Shown piece after piece: positions 56,154 to 64,000 of a stretch of DNA of 64,000 nt. Source of the stretch: Candidatus Parcubacteria bacterium (GTDB lineage Bacteria; Patescibacteriota; Minisyncoccia; Phycocordibacterales; UBA2100); the NCBI GenBank assembly GCA_003599295.1, contig QZJK01000011.1, positions 13,372 through 77,371 on the forward strand, read 5' to 3'. How positions within the stretch are numbered: the first letter of the stretch is position 1; every line of letters begins with the position of its first letter. The notes under the pieces were generated by a model that was given only the letters and a program-made list of their open reading frames with translations, was not told where the DNA came from and did not search any database. The position numbers and the translations under genes were made by a program.

Positions 56154-56822
56154 CTAGAGAATGTACTCGGCGTTTTTTGCAGTTGCATCCCACGTGTCGT
56201 GATTATTGTAGACGAGTCCGGTCGCCTTCTTGTCTTCCAGAACCATTTCCACCAAGCGCTCGACGATGGCCTTCGGGTCTGAGTCATAGATGACTTTCTC
56301 GTTCGGGCGGTGCGCAGCGTCAATAATTTGCCGCAAAATCTCGTCCGTTTTCCATGACCCCTCGAGAATGCCGATCGGACGGCGATCTTCGAACGCAACG
56401 GAAAACTCGTTCAGAGTCCCTATACGGCCGCAACCGATAACGACTGCATCCGATGAACGTACGAGGAGCATATCGCGTCCCGAGTAGCCGAATCCGGTAT
56501 ATACGATGACGTCCATGTAATCCAAAGGGAGTTTGTATGTTTCGACGTGCTCGCGCTCCGTTGCTGCCGGCGAGAACCCTATCGAGAAACCGCACTCGTC
56601 TTTCGCGCCCATCGCGGAGTACATGGGAAACCCGGTCGTCGCGCCGGTCGTTATGATGGCGCCTTTGCGCGCTACCTCTCGCCCGACTTCTTTCGCCTTT
56701 TCGAATGCGTCTAATCCGCAATAGCCGGTCTCCGCCGCGCCGGAAACGCAAATCTTCACGACGCCGTATCCCTCGGGAAGGCGGCAGAAATTGCGCGGCA
56801 CTGCAGCGTGATTCGGGTTCAT
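56154..56822 (-). CDS. LOG/TIGR00725-like Rossmann-fold nucleotide-binding protein.
   Basis: VKICVSGAAETGYCG...GAIITTGATTG...MDVIVYTGFGYSGRDMLLVRSSDAVVIGCGRIGTLNE matches the pattern of this family. Confidence 0.45.
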   Translation of the reverse strand: MNPNHAAVPRNFCRLPEGYGVVKICVSGAAETGYCGLDAFEKAKEVGREVARKGAIITTGATTGFPMYSAMGAKDECGFSIGFSPAATEREHVETYKLPLDYMDVIVYTGFGYSGRDMLLVRSSDAVVIGCGRIGTLNEFSVAFEDRRPIGILEGSWKTDEILRQIIDAAHRPNEKVIYDSDPKAIVERLVEMVLEDKKATGLVYNNHDTWDATAKNAEYIL

Positions 56823-56872
56823 TATCTTCCTCGAGGACATTGGCCGTGATTATACCACGGCACGAGCCCCAA

Positions 56873-57250
56873 TTATTTGCTTCGCGCGAACGAGTGAGCT
56901 ATCCAGGCCGCCAAGGCGCCTCCAAGAGCATCCATGAGAAGATCAATGCTTGTATCAAGCGCATAATTCGCTTCCGGCACCAAACCGGCGAGAAGTTCGA
57001 ATGCTTCCCATATGACTCCGAGGATGAGTGCGCCGGCTATACCCCACGCAACCGTAGGTATGTATCCGGCATACGCGCGTATCCAAAGGAGAAAGAATGC
57101 CGCCCACATGCCGCCCAGCGCATGCGATACCGTATCAAGCCAGAGGAAGCGCCAATAGAAATGGTACTCGAGTCCTACGAGGTGAAGTGTCGCGAGGAAG
57201 ACCAGTGTCACCAACTGGGCGTATAGAAAGATGCGCGGCAGCATTTGCAT
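56873..57250 (-). CDS. Hypothetical four-TM membrane protein.
   Basis: Start trimmed to MQMLPRIF because the upstream part is non-hydrophobic and Arg-rich. Confidence 0.4.
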   Translation of the reverse strand: MQMLPRIFLYAQLVTLVFLATLHLVGLEYHFYWRFLWLDTVSHALGGMWAAFFLLWIRAYAGYIPTVAWGIAGALILGVIWEAFELLAGLVPEANYALDTSIDLLMDALGGALAAWIAHSFARSK

Positions 57251-57277
57251 AAATATTCGAAAGCGTCGCTCTCTTCG

Positions 57278-57309
57278 CCAAAAAATTCCGCACAGGCGGA
57301 ATTCTTTGG
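57278..57309 (-). terminator. Terminator-like hairpin (about 14-bp stem) with a U6 run on the minus strand, about 160 nt downstream of ndk.
   Basis: ccaaagaattccgc-ctgt-gcggaattttttgg, read on the minus strand. Confidence 0.35.
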
Positions 57310-57470
57310 CGCGGCTGGTACGGCAAGCCTGGGTTGATACCAGGTGGGTTTCCGCAACACCAACGCGCATTGCGCCGGGCTATATAGGAATCCCTTTGCG
57401 TTACCAAGCAGGTTTATGTACCGGCCGCTATTGCCAGTATACCACTTTGCCTTTTTCTACAAGCGAGATC

Positions 57471-58079
57471 TTACTCCAGGATGCCATCAAGGTTCACGTC
57501 GTAGAGTATCTCTTCGTGGATGATGCGATAGTCGGTGAGCTCTTCCTGCTTGAACCAGTGCGGTATCTCGGCTTCCGCCTCGGGAACAGAACCTGATGCG
57601 TGAACGAGGTTCCGGACCGCCCGGGTGTCGGTGTCAGCCATCGTGTACGAATCGAGAACGAAATCGCCGCGAATTGTTCCAACGTCGGAACTTAAGGGTT
57701 CCGTGCCGCCGGTGATCTTTCGAACGATGCCGACCGCATGCGCACCTTCCCATACCATCGCAACCACGGGGCCAGAGGAAAGATATTTCTTGAGGTTGGC
57801 GAGAATCTTCGCGGTTATTTCGAGCGGGTCTTCCGACGGCGGGGTCATGCCTTTCTCTCGATAGCTTTTTATCGTTTTCTCGCCGGTCACTCGCCGCCAG
57901 TTCGGGTCAAGCGTGTAATGCGCCTCCACATGGCGCTCGCTCGGCACGAGCATTTTCATGCCGACAAGCTTTAACCCGACATTCTCATAGCGCCTGATTA
58001 TCTCCCCCATGAGCCCGCGCTGGACCCCGTCGGGTTTTATAACGACAAGCGTTCGTTCGTCTTTCGGGTGTTGCTTCAT
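57471..58079 (-). CDS. ndk: Nucleoside diphosphate kinase, with internal insertions.
   Basis: VVIKPDGVQRGL...active-site His context NLVHASGS. Confidence 0.8.
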   Translation of the reverse strand: MKQHPKDERTLVVIKPDGVQRGLMGEIIRRYENVGLKLVGMKMLVPSERHVEAHYTLDPNWRRVTGEKTIKSYREKGMTPPSEDPLEITAKILANLKKYLSSGPVVAMVWEGAHAVGIVRKITGGTEPLSSDVGTIRGDFVLDSYTMADTDTRAVRNLVHASGSVPEAEAEIPHWFKQEELTDYRIIHEEILYDVNLDGILE

Positions 58080-58115
58080 TCCGGATACTCTAGCATGTTT
58101 CTGGCCACGATTAAA

Positions 58116-60956
58116 CTACTGGTAGAGAGATGCGGGATCGGGTAATCCGGCCGCGGAAAATGCGGAAGGTTCCGGAATCGCTTTCCCATAGCTCGCATCG
58201 AATTTCCTCCGAATCTCCGCCTCGACTTCCTCTCTGTCTTTGCCATACGTGCGATACGACAATTCTTTCAGCGCTCCGACCCCGCTGTAATCCATGTGCG
58301 GAAGGTCTGCGGTCTGTATAGAGAAGGGACGCGCTGGCACACCGTTGACGAGAAGCGAGAGCACGGCGTGTCGGTTCGGCAGGTTTTCCAAATCAGGCGC
58401 CGTGAAAACAGGTTCGAACTGCTTCGCAAGGAATTCCGCGTCCGTTGTTCCCACGCGGAACGCCGCTTTCGTGCCGACGTTCCCCACAACCGCATCGCGT
58501 ATTTTTTCATCAAGCTGCGCGATGAATTGGTGCGCGATGGTGAGCGCTAGCTTATATTTGCGAGCTTCCGAAAGGATGGTGCCGATAGAAGGCGTCGCGA
58601 AGTTCTGGAATTCATCGATATAGAGGTAAAACGTGGGAAGATCGCCGCGCGTATCCACGCGCGAGAACGCGGCCTGCAAGAATTTTGAGACAAGAATAAG
58701 CCCAAGAAGCGACGTGTTTCTGTCGCCGAGGCGCCCTTTTGAGAGGTTCGCAATAAATATCTTCTTATCGTCCATTATCTTGCGGAAATCAAAGGATGAC
58801 TGCTCCTGCGACACGATGGGGCGCATGATGTCATTCGTCAGAAAGACGTCGAATTTCGACGTGATGTAGGGTGCCACGTTCTCGAGAGACGGATCTCCCT
58901 GCGCCTGTTCCGCGATCTTCTTCCAGAACTGCACGATGATGGGATTCTTGCAGTGAGAAAGCTTGAGGTTCCTGAATACCGGGTCGGCGAAGACGCGCGG
59001 TATCTCGACGAACGTGCTGCCGGTATCCGGATCTTCTACAACAAGTTGCACCGCGTTCCTGTAGTACTGCTCGAACATCGGGCCGAACGCTTCCGGGACA
59101 TCAGCGTAGAGTTTTCGGAAGATGCCGTACACTTCATCAACGACGAACGTCTTCATTTCGGGACGCGCCCTGTCATATTCGAGCATGTTGAGTCCCATCG
59201 GCCGCGCAGTATACGCAGGGTCGAAATAGACGACATCGCCCGCGCGTTCAGGTGGAATAGAGGCTAATATATCTTCGATATCGTTCCCGTGCGGGTCAAT
59301 GAACGCGACTCCTTCGCCGTTCTTAATGTCCTGAATTATCATATTCTTGATGAGGCCGGTTTTACCTGTGCCGGTCTGTCCGATGACGTAGCAGTGCCGC
59401 AAGCGATCGCTCGCGCCAAAGTGCACCGTGCGCTCTTCCGCGCCGTAGCGATTGATGCCGACGGTAATGCCCTCTTTCGGCATTTCGACGGGCGCAGGAG
59501 TTTGTTTCGCGAACGAGCGTTTGAGTTCGCGGGAGGTCGTTACGCGCTCCGCCGTGAAGTGGAATATCGAGGTTATCTCGGCAAGCGAGATGGGAATGGC
59601 ATATGCATGGTCGAAAATGCGGAAACTGTAATCGCGGAGGAACGCGGGAATATTCCACTTTGATACTCTCTTGAATACGAGGCTGTTCCCTTTCGGATCA
59701 TCGTACTGGCTAAAAGGGGCGATGAGGTTGTCGAGAAGATCGTCTGCGCGTTTCTTGTCCGGCGCGGACGCGACGAGGCGAATTAAGACCGGTACGACGC
59801 GGCTTTTTACTTTGCGGCCTATCTCTTCGGTCGCGACCTGATCGGGCTGCCGCCTGAACGTACGGTCTTTCTCATCCTGCTTTTGCTTCTCCGACCTGAA
59901 CATCGAATCTGCCATGTCGTAGAACATCTCGCCTATCGCACTTTCCGGGACGTTCAGGGATTTGTGCAGTATCTTTCCCTTCTCAAGACGCCGCAGCATT
60001 TTCTTGTAGTGCTGGTTATATCGCTCCCCTTCGCTCGAGACTGTTAGCTGGAGCGCCGCTCCCTCGCCGTGCTTCGCGATCTTCGCGAACGCCGCGAGAA
60101 GCACGTTCATCGGGTCGTGCTCGAACATTTCAGGCGTCTTCAACGGATAGGCCGGGTGTTCCGAAAGTGTTGCGTACGCAGCCGCATGTTCTCCCTCGGC
60201 GTTAAAGATATTGTAGTCGCCGCGCTCTTCGGATATGCGCGCGTTCGGGAAGACCGACGAGATGAGGCGCTCTGCGAGGTCTTTCTTTTTTCGCGGGACA
60301 GCGAGGTACAAAATCGCCGATTCCGTGCCTTCGGGAACAGCTATTTCAAGAGAGAACCCCTCGTGTGCAGTGATGAGTGATGTGAGCCCCGCATAGAGCT
60401 GTTCGGAAGAAGAGAGGATCTCCTGCAGTTTCATCTGACGCGACTCTTCCTTGCCTCGCTCGCCGTGCGCCTGCGGGTCGATGGTGAAAAGCGTCAGATC
60501 AAGCGCAAGGCGCATCTTCTCCGAGGGCGGGGTGCCGCCTTGCGGGAGGCCTTCCGCGATGTAGCGGACTAAGCAGCGATGAAGGTCGTCCTCTAAATGA
60601 GGATTTTTCATCCGCGCGACCACCGAGAGCGCATTTCGGATACCCTGATTCGCAACGATCTTCAGGAGTTCGTCCATCTGCACGTCGTGAATTTCGGGCT
60701 CGAGCTTCAACACGTTCCGGAGAACGTCGTGTTCCGGCATGACAACGGCCTCATGAAGCACAATCGTGGGATGCGTTTCGGCATAAGCCGCGACTTCCCG
60801 CTTCGCGATGCGGTCCCGCTCGAGCTGGTTCGGCGCTATTTCGAGTTCCTGCTCTTTTTCACGCACGCGCTCGCGCAAGTATGCAAGTTCCTCTTCAGGG
60901 CTCCTGAATTTTTCTTGGGTCGCGGCCTTCGGCCGCTCCATCGCCGATGGAGGCAT
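58116..60956 (-). CDS. Orphan VirD4/TraD/TraG-like type IV coupling-protein-family ATPase with an about 470-aa N-terminal domain of unknown function and no TM helices.
   Basis: Walker A HCYVIGQTGTGKTG, Walker B YLYIDEFQNF, and EARKYKLALTIAHQFIAQL (the Q-S/H-Q-L motif of TrwB/VirD4). Confidence 0.5.
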   Translation of the reverse strand: MPPSAMERPKAATQEKFRSPEEELAYLRERVREKEQELEIAPNQLERDRIAKREVAAYAETHPTIVLHEAVVMPEHDVLRNVLKLEPEIHDVQMDELLKIVANQGIRNALSVVARMKNPHLEDDLHRCLVRYIAEGLPQGGTPPSEKMRLALDLTLFTIDPQAHGERGKEESRQMKLQEILSSSEQLYAGLTSLITAHEGFSLEIAVPEGTESAILYLAVPRKKKDLAERLISSVFPNARISEERGDYNIFNAEGEHAAAYATLSEHPAYPLKTPEMFEHDPMNVLLAAFAKIAKHGEGAALQLTVSSEGERYNQHYKKMLRRLEKGKILHKSLNVPESAIGEMFYDMADSMFRSEKQKQDEKDRTFRRQPDQVATEEIGRKVKSRVVPVLIRLVASAPDKKRADDLLDNLIAPFSQYDDPKGNSLVFKRVSKWNIPAFLRDYSFRIFDHAYAIPISLAEITSIFHFTAERVTTSRELKRSFAKQTPAPVEMPKEGITVGINRYGAEERTVHFGASDRLRHCYVIGQTGTGKTGLIKNMIIQDIKNGEGVAFIDPHGNDIEDILASIPPERAGDVVYFDPAYTARPMGLNMLEYDRARPEMKTFVVDEVYGIFRKLYADVPEAFGPMFEQYYRNAVQLVVEDPDTGSTFVEIPRVFADPVFRNLKLSHCKNPIIVQFWKKIAEQAQGDPSLENVAPYITSKFDVFLTNDIMRPIVSQEQSSFDFRKIMDDKKIFIANLSKGRLGDRNTSLLGLILVSKFLQAAFSRVDTRGDLPTFYLYIDEFQNFATPSIGTILSEARKYKLALTIAHQFIAQLDEKIRDAVVGNVGTKAAFRVGTTDAEFLAKQFEPVFTAPDLENLPNRHAVLSLLVNGVPARPFSIQTADLPHMDYSGVGALKELSYRTYGKDREEVEAEIRRKFDASYGKAIPEPSAFSAAGLPDPASLYQ

Positions 60957-60968
60957 GGGAAAAGTATA

Positions 60969-62246
60969 TCACTTGCCGGAAAGTGCTTTCGCGCCGATGT
61001 CGCGGCGATAGTACATATTCTCGAAATGGATTTTGCCAACCGCCTCGTATGCTCGCTCAATTGCCTCTTTCAGCGTCGAGCCAGTTGCGGAAACGCTCAA
61101 GACGCGGCCACCGTCGGTCACAAGCTGGCCGTTTACAAGCTTCGTGCCCGCGTGGAACACGATGACATTAGGCACTTTTTCCGCCTCTTCAATGCCCGTA
61201 ATCGGAAGTCCCTTCTTGTATCCATCCGGGTAGCCACCCGATGCGATGATAATGGTCGCCGCAAACTCCTGATCCCACTCCAGATCGAAATCAGCGAGTG
61301 TGCCGTCAATACATGCATTGAAAAGTCCGAACACATCCGATTTCATGAGACGCATGTAAACTTCCGCCTCGGGACATCCGAACCGAGCGTTGAACTCAAG
61401 GACTCTCGGACCTTTCGGCGTCATCATAAGACCTGGATACAGCATACCGACAAGCGGGCTCCCTTTGTCGGCAAGAGTGCGGAGCGCGGGCCGCACCACG
61501 CGCGCTTCAATATCCGCAAGCTGATTCTTAGAGACCCACGAGATGGGGGCGGCAACGCCCATGCCGCCCGTCATTTTTCCGGTGTCGTTCTCGCCTATCG
61601 TTTTATGGTCTTGGGCCGTCGGAAATACGATCGACGTCTTTCCATCCGAAATCGCGTGGATGGAAATTTCTTGCCCGTCCAGAAATTCTTCGATGACTAC
61701 CTTGCTCGCCGTGTTGAGGACATTATCAAGCATGGTCTCCTTGAGAGCTGTTTCCGCTTCCTCCATTGTCATGCATACGTATGCACCTTTGCCGAACACC
61801 ATCCCATCAACCTTAATGACGATTGGCGCGCCTTTTTCGCGAACATAGGCGAGTGCTTCTGCGTGCTCGGTGAATATCTTGAATTCGGCGGTCGGGATGC
61901 CCGCGTCTGCCATCAGTTGTTTTGAGAATGCTTTGGAACTTTCAATTTGCGCTGCGGCTTTCGTCGGACCCCAAATGCGAAGCCCTCTGGCCTGAAAAAC
62001 ATCCACGATGCCTTCACCGAGCGGATTCTCCGGACCCACCACCGTGAGGGATATTTTTTTTTCGATAGCAAACTCGGCAAGTTTCTCGAATTCCATCACG
62101 CCGATGGGGACGTTCTCGGCGACATTCCCGGTGCCGCCGTTCCCCGGCGCAATGTAGACTTTCCCGACGCGCGGTGATTGTTTCAACTTCCATGCTATCG
62201 CATGCTCTCGAGGATAGGTGCCAATTACTAAAACATCCTCCGCCAT
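60969..62246 (-). CDS. purD: Phosphoribosylamine--glycine ligase.
   Basis: ATP-grasp. VLVIG.GPREHA-like start, 425 aa. Confidence 0.9.
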   Translation of the reverse strand: MAEDVLVIGTYPREHAIAWKLKQSPRVGKVYIAPGNGGTGNVAENVPIGVMEFEKLAEFAIEKKISLTVVGPENPLGEGIVDVFQARGLRIWGPTKAAAQIESSKAFSKQLMADAGIPTAEFKIFTEHAEALAYVREKGAPIVIKVDGMVFGKGAYVCMTMEEAETALKETMLDNVLNTASKVVIEEFLDGQEISIHAISDGKTSIVFPTAQDHKTIGENDTGKMTGGMGVAAPISWVSKNQLADIEARVVRPALRTLADKGSPLVGMLYPGLMMTPKGPRVLEFNARFGCPEAEVYMRLMKSDVFGLFNACIDGTLADFDLEWDQEFAATIIIASGGYPDGYKKGLPITGIEEAEKVPNVIVFHAGTKLVNGQLVTDGGRVLSVSATGSTLKEAIERAYEAVGKIHFENMYYRRDIGAKALSGK

Positions 62247-62258
62247 TCGCGCATTGTA

Positions 62259-63026
62259 TTACACTTTCGTCAGGATTTCCGGGCCGTTCTTTGTTATCAA
62301 AACCGTATGCTCCGCATGCGCAGTGCGCGAACCGTCTTTCGTGCGATACGAATGGCCGTCTTCATCTATGAAAAGTTCTCCTCCGCCGAGCGTCATCATT
62401 GGCTCGATTGCGATTACCATGCCTTCAACGAGTTTCTCTCCTTTCCCCGGCTCGCCGAAGTTCGGCACATGAGGCTCTTCGTGGACCGCTTTCCCCACCC
62501 CGTGTCCGGAAAGGTTACGGGGAAATCCGAAGTTATATTTTTCAGCGACTTTTTCAACCGCGTAGCCGATGTCACCGGTCGTATTCCCTATCCTCGCTTC
62601 AGCGATACCTGCCTCGAGCGCTTCAAATGTGCCGCGGACAAGTTCTTCGTCTTCGGGAGAACCTTTCCCCGCGATAACAGTGACCGCATGGTCGGTAAAA
62701 AGACCCTTATGTTTTATGCCAAAATCAACGCAGACAACGTCTCCCTCTTGTATGACGGCACCATTTTGGCCGGCCGGCGAATGCACGATAACGTCGTTCA
62801 CCGAGACACAGAGACCAGAAGGAAATCCGTGTTTGTCGCGTTTCGTTCTGTATCCGAAAAAAGCCATTTCGTCGCCGTCGGCCGCAACCATCTCGCGTGC
62901 TTTCTTTTCAAGCTCCGCCGAGTTGATGCCCGGTTTTACCATGCCTGCGAGTGTCCGCACATGACGCGCAAGCCGCCTACCACCTTCACGCAATATGTCT
63001 ATGTCTTTTTGTGTACGGGCTATCAT
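62259..63026 (-). CDS. map: Methionine aminopeptidase type I.
   Basis: Metal ligands in the DVVCVDFG...HGVG..HE...IEPM context, 255 aa. Confidence 0.9.
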   Translation of the reverse strand: MIARTQKDIDILREGGRRLARHVRTLAGMVKPGINSAELEKKAREMVAADGDEMAFFGYRTKRDKHGFPSGLCVSVNDVIVHSPAGQNGAVIQEGDVVCVDFGIKHKGLFTDHAVTVIAGKGSPEDEELVRGTFEALEAGIAEARIGNTTGDIGYAVEKVAEKYNFGFPRNLSGHGVGKAVHEEPHVPNFGEPGKGEKLVEGMVIAIEPMMTLGGGELFIDEDGHSYRTKDGSRTAHAEHTVLITKNGPEILTKV

Positions 63027-63619
63027 TTCGTGATATTGAGTGCCGCCAGGATCTTCGTGTGCACCGTCTCTACATCCCCTTCTCCGTCTATTTCGTTGAT
63101 GGCCCAGCCGAGCGTGCGCAACTCTTCAATTGAAGGAACGACGTGCTCTTCGTACCACTTGAATCTGCTAAGAAGCGCTTCGTCCGTTGCGTCATCGGCA
63201 CGTCCGCGCGCGATGAGGCGCTTTTTCGCCGTTTCTTTTGAGAGCGTCAAGACGATGGCCCGCAGATCTTCACGCTTCCAAAGCCGCATCATGTCGTCTA
63301 CTGCGCGTGATTGGTCGGGCCTGCGGCACGTGCCGTCAAGAATAATATGCTGCGTTCCGTCAAATGAATCGTTTAACACGGTCGTTAACATCCATATCGG
63401 AATGAATGAGGGTACGAGCCCACCTGAATTAACGATCTCTGCTATACGTTTCGCTAAAGAGGTGTCCTTCTGCATGAATTTCCGCAACATATCGCCCATC
63501 TCGGGACGAACGACATCCCGAGCCGGGTCTTTCTCCTTGAGATAATCCTCAAGCAATACGCACTGTGTTCCCTTTCCTGCCCCAGATATACCGAAGAACG
63601 CGACGGTGACGGGATTCAT
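63023..63619 (-). CDS. adk: Adenylate-kinase-like P-loop kinase, divergent.
   Basis: P-loop FFGISGAGKGTQC. Position is next to map, as in many ribosomal-protein/secY/adk/map clusters. Confidence 0.6.
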   Translation of the reverse strand: MNPVTVAFFGISGAGKGTQCVLLEDYLKEKDPARDVVRPEMGDMLRKFMQKDTSLAKRIAEIVNSGGLVPSFIPIWMLTTVLNDSFDGTQHIILDGTCRRPDQSRAVDDMMRLWKREDLRAIVLTLSKETAKKRLIARGRADDATDEALLSRFKWYEEHVVPSIEELRTLGWAINEIDGEGDVETVHTKILAALNITK

Positions 63620-63624
63620 ACGAT

Positions 63625-64000
63625 TTATTCGAGATTGTAGCCTTCTTTCTTAAGAATTGCCACGACTTCGGCGACGGCCGCATCTAATTTTCCATCCGCA
63701 TTCGTCACCGAATAATCATAGAAAGATCTCTCATCCCTGACTTCAGCTTCGGCATTCGCGCGGCGTTTCGCTATTTCAGCATCGGGAAGCTCTGGATTCC
63801 TCTCACGCACCCGGCGCTCCAGCGCGTCTATGTTCTCCGGAACTATGAAGACTGTCGTCGCACCGTACTCTTTTTTATAGTACCGCGCTCCGACGATGTC
63901 GGGATTGACGATGACGATGCGTCCCGCTTTCAGTTTCTGTTCCAGATCTGGCTTGTACGAGCCGTAGTAGGTATCGCGGTTCGCGATATACGTTGACTCG
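63625..64000 (-). CDS. gmk: Guanylate kinase, C-terminal part. The N-terminus lies beyond the window.
   Basis: Manual translation gives ...IVIVNPDIVGARYYKKEYGATTVFIVPENIDALERRVRERNPELPDAEIAKRRANAEAEVRDERSFYDYSVTNADGKLDAAVAEVVAIL, which aligns to the Gmk C-terminus. Confidence 0.7.
   Translation of the reverse strand, partial: ESTYIANRDTYYGSYKPDLEQKLKAGRIVIVNPDIVGARYYKKEYGATTVFIVPENIDALERRVRERNPELPDAEIAKRRANAEAEVRDERSFYDYSVTNADGKLDAAVAEVVAILKKEGYNLE

Noticed and set aside
60597-61925. 442-aa plus-strand ORF overlapping the VirD4-like gene and purD.
   Set aside because: It is an antisense ORF in GC-rich coding DNA. It crosses two well-supported minus-strand genes and has no motif or RBS.
62307-63545. 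412-aa plus-strand ORF.
   Set aside because: Antisense of map and adk.

Overview
This 64 kb window looks like a compact bacterial chromosome segment with high GC. Gene content is consistent with a Patescibacteria/CPR-like genome, but that lineage call is an inference.

The main features are:

- **Type IV pilus / competence locus (about 20.7-34.6 kb):** pilM-pilN-pilO, a small PilP-like ORF, pilB, a CheY-like receiver, pilT, pilC, pilA, the prepilin peptidase pilD and four pilin-like genes, all on the minus strand. Two of the pilin-like genes are very large and glycine-rich. Downstream lie comFC, a secreted lamin-tail-domain (LTD) protein and a 1230-aa secreted protein.

- **Low-GC island (about 2.7-7.3 kb):** carries a large serine recombinase whose ORF reads into an adjacent tRNA-Glu.

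- **RNA genes:** nine tRNA genes and a tmRNA (ssrA) immediately after smpB.

- **Housekeeping genes:** pyrG, ftsEX, prfB, gatCA, ligA, recG, ftsH, pyrC, thrC, infC-rpmI-rplT, ndk, purD, map, adk and gmk.

The most unusual signal is a family of about 130-240 bp elements lying immediately downstream of four tRNA genes. They share internal hairpin motifs and begin with an inverted copy of the tRNA 3' end; three of the four end with a direct copy of that 3' end.

Related repeats sit upstream of two tRNAs. Other notable items are a tRNA-Ile with a TAT anticodon, an orphan VirD4/TraD-like ATPase, and a secreted cupredoxin-PKD protein.

All calls come from reading the sequence by eye. No database searches were run.
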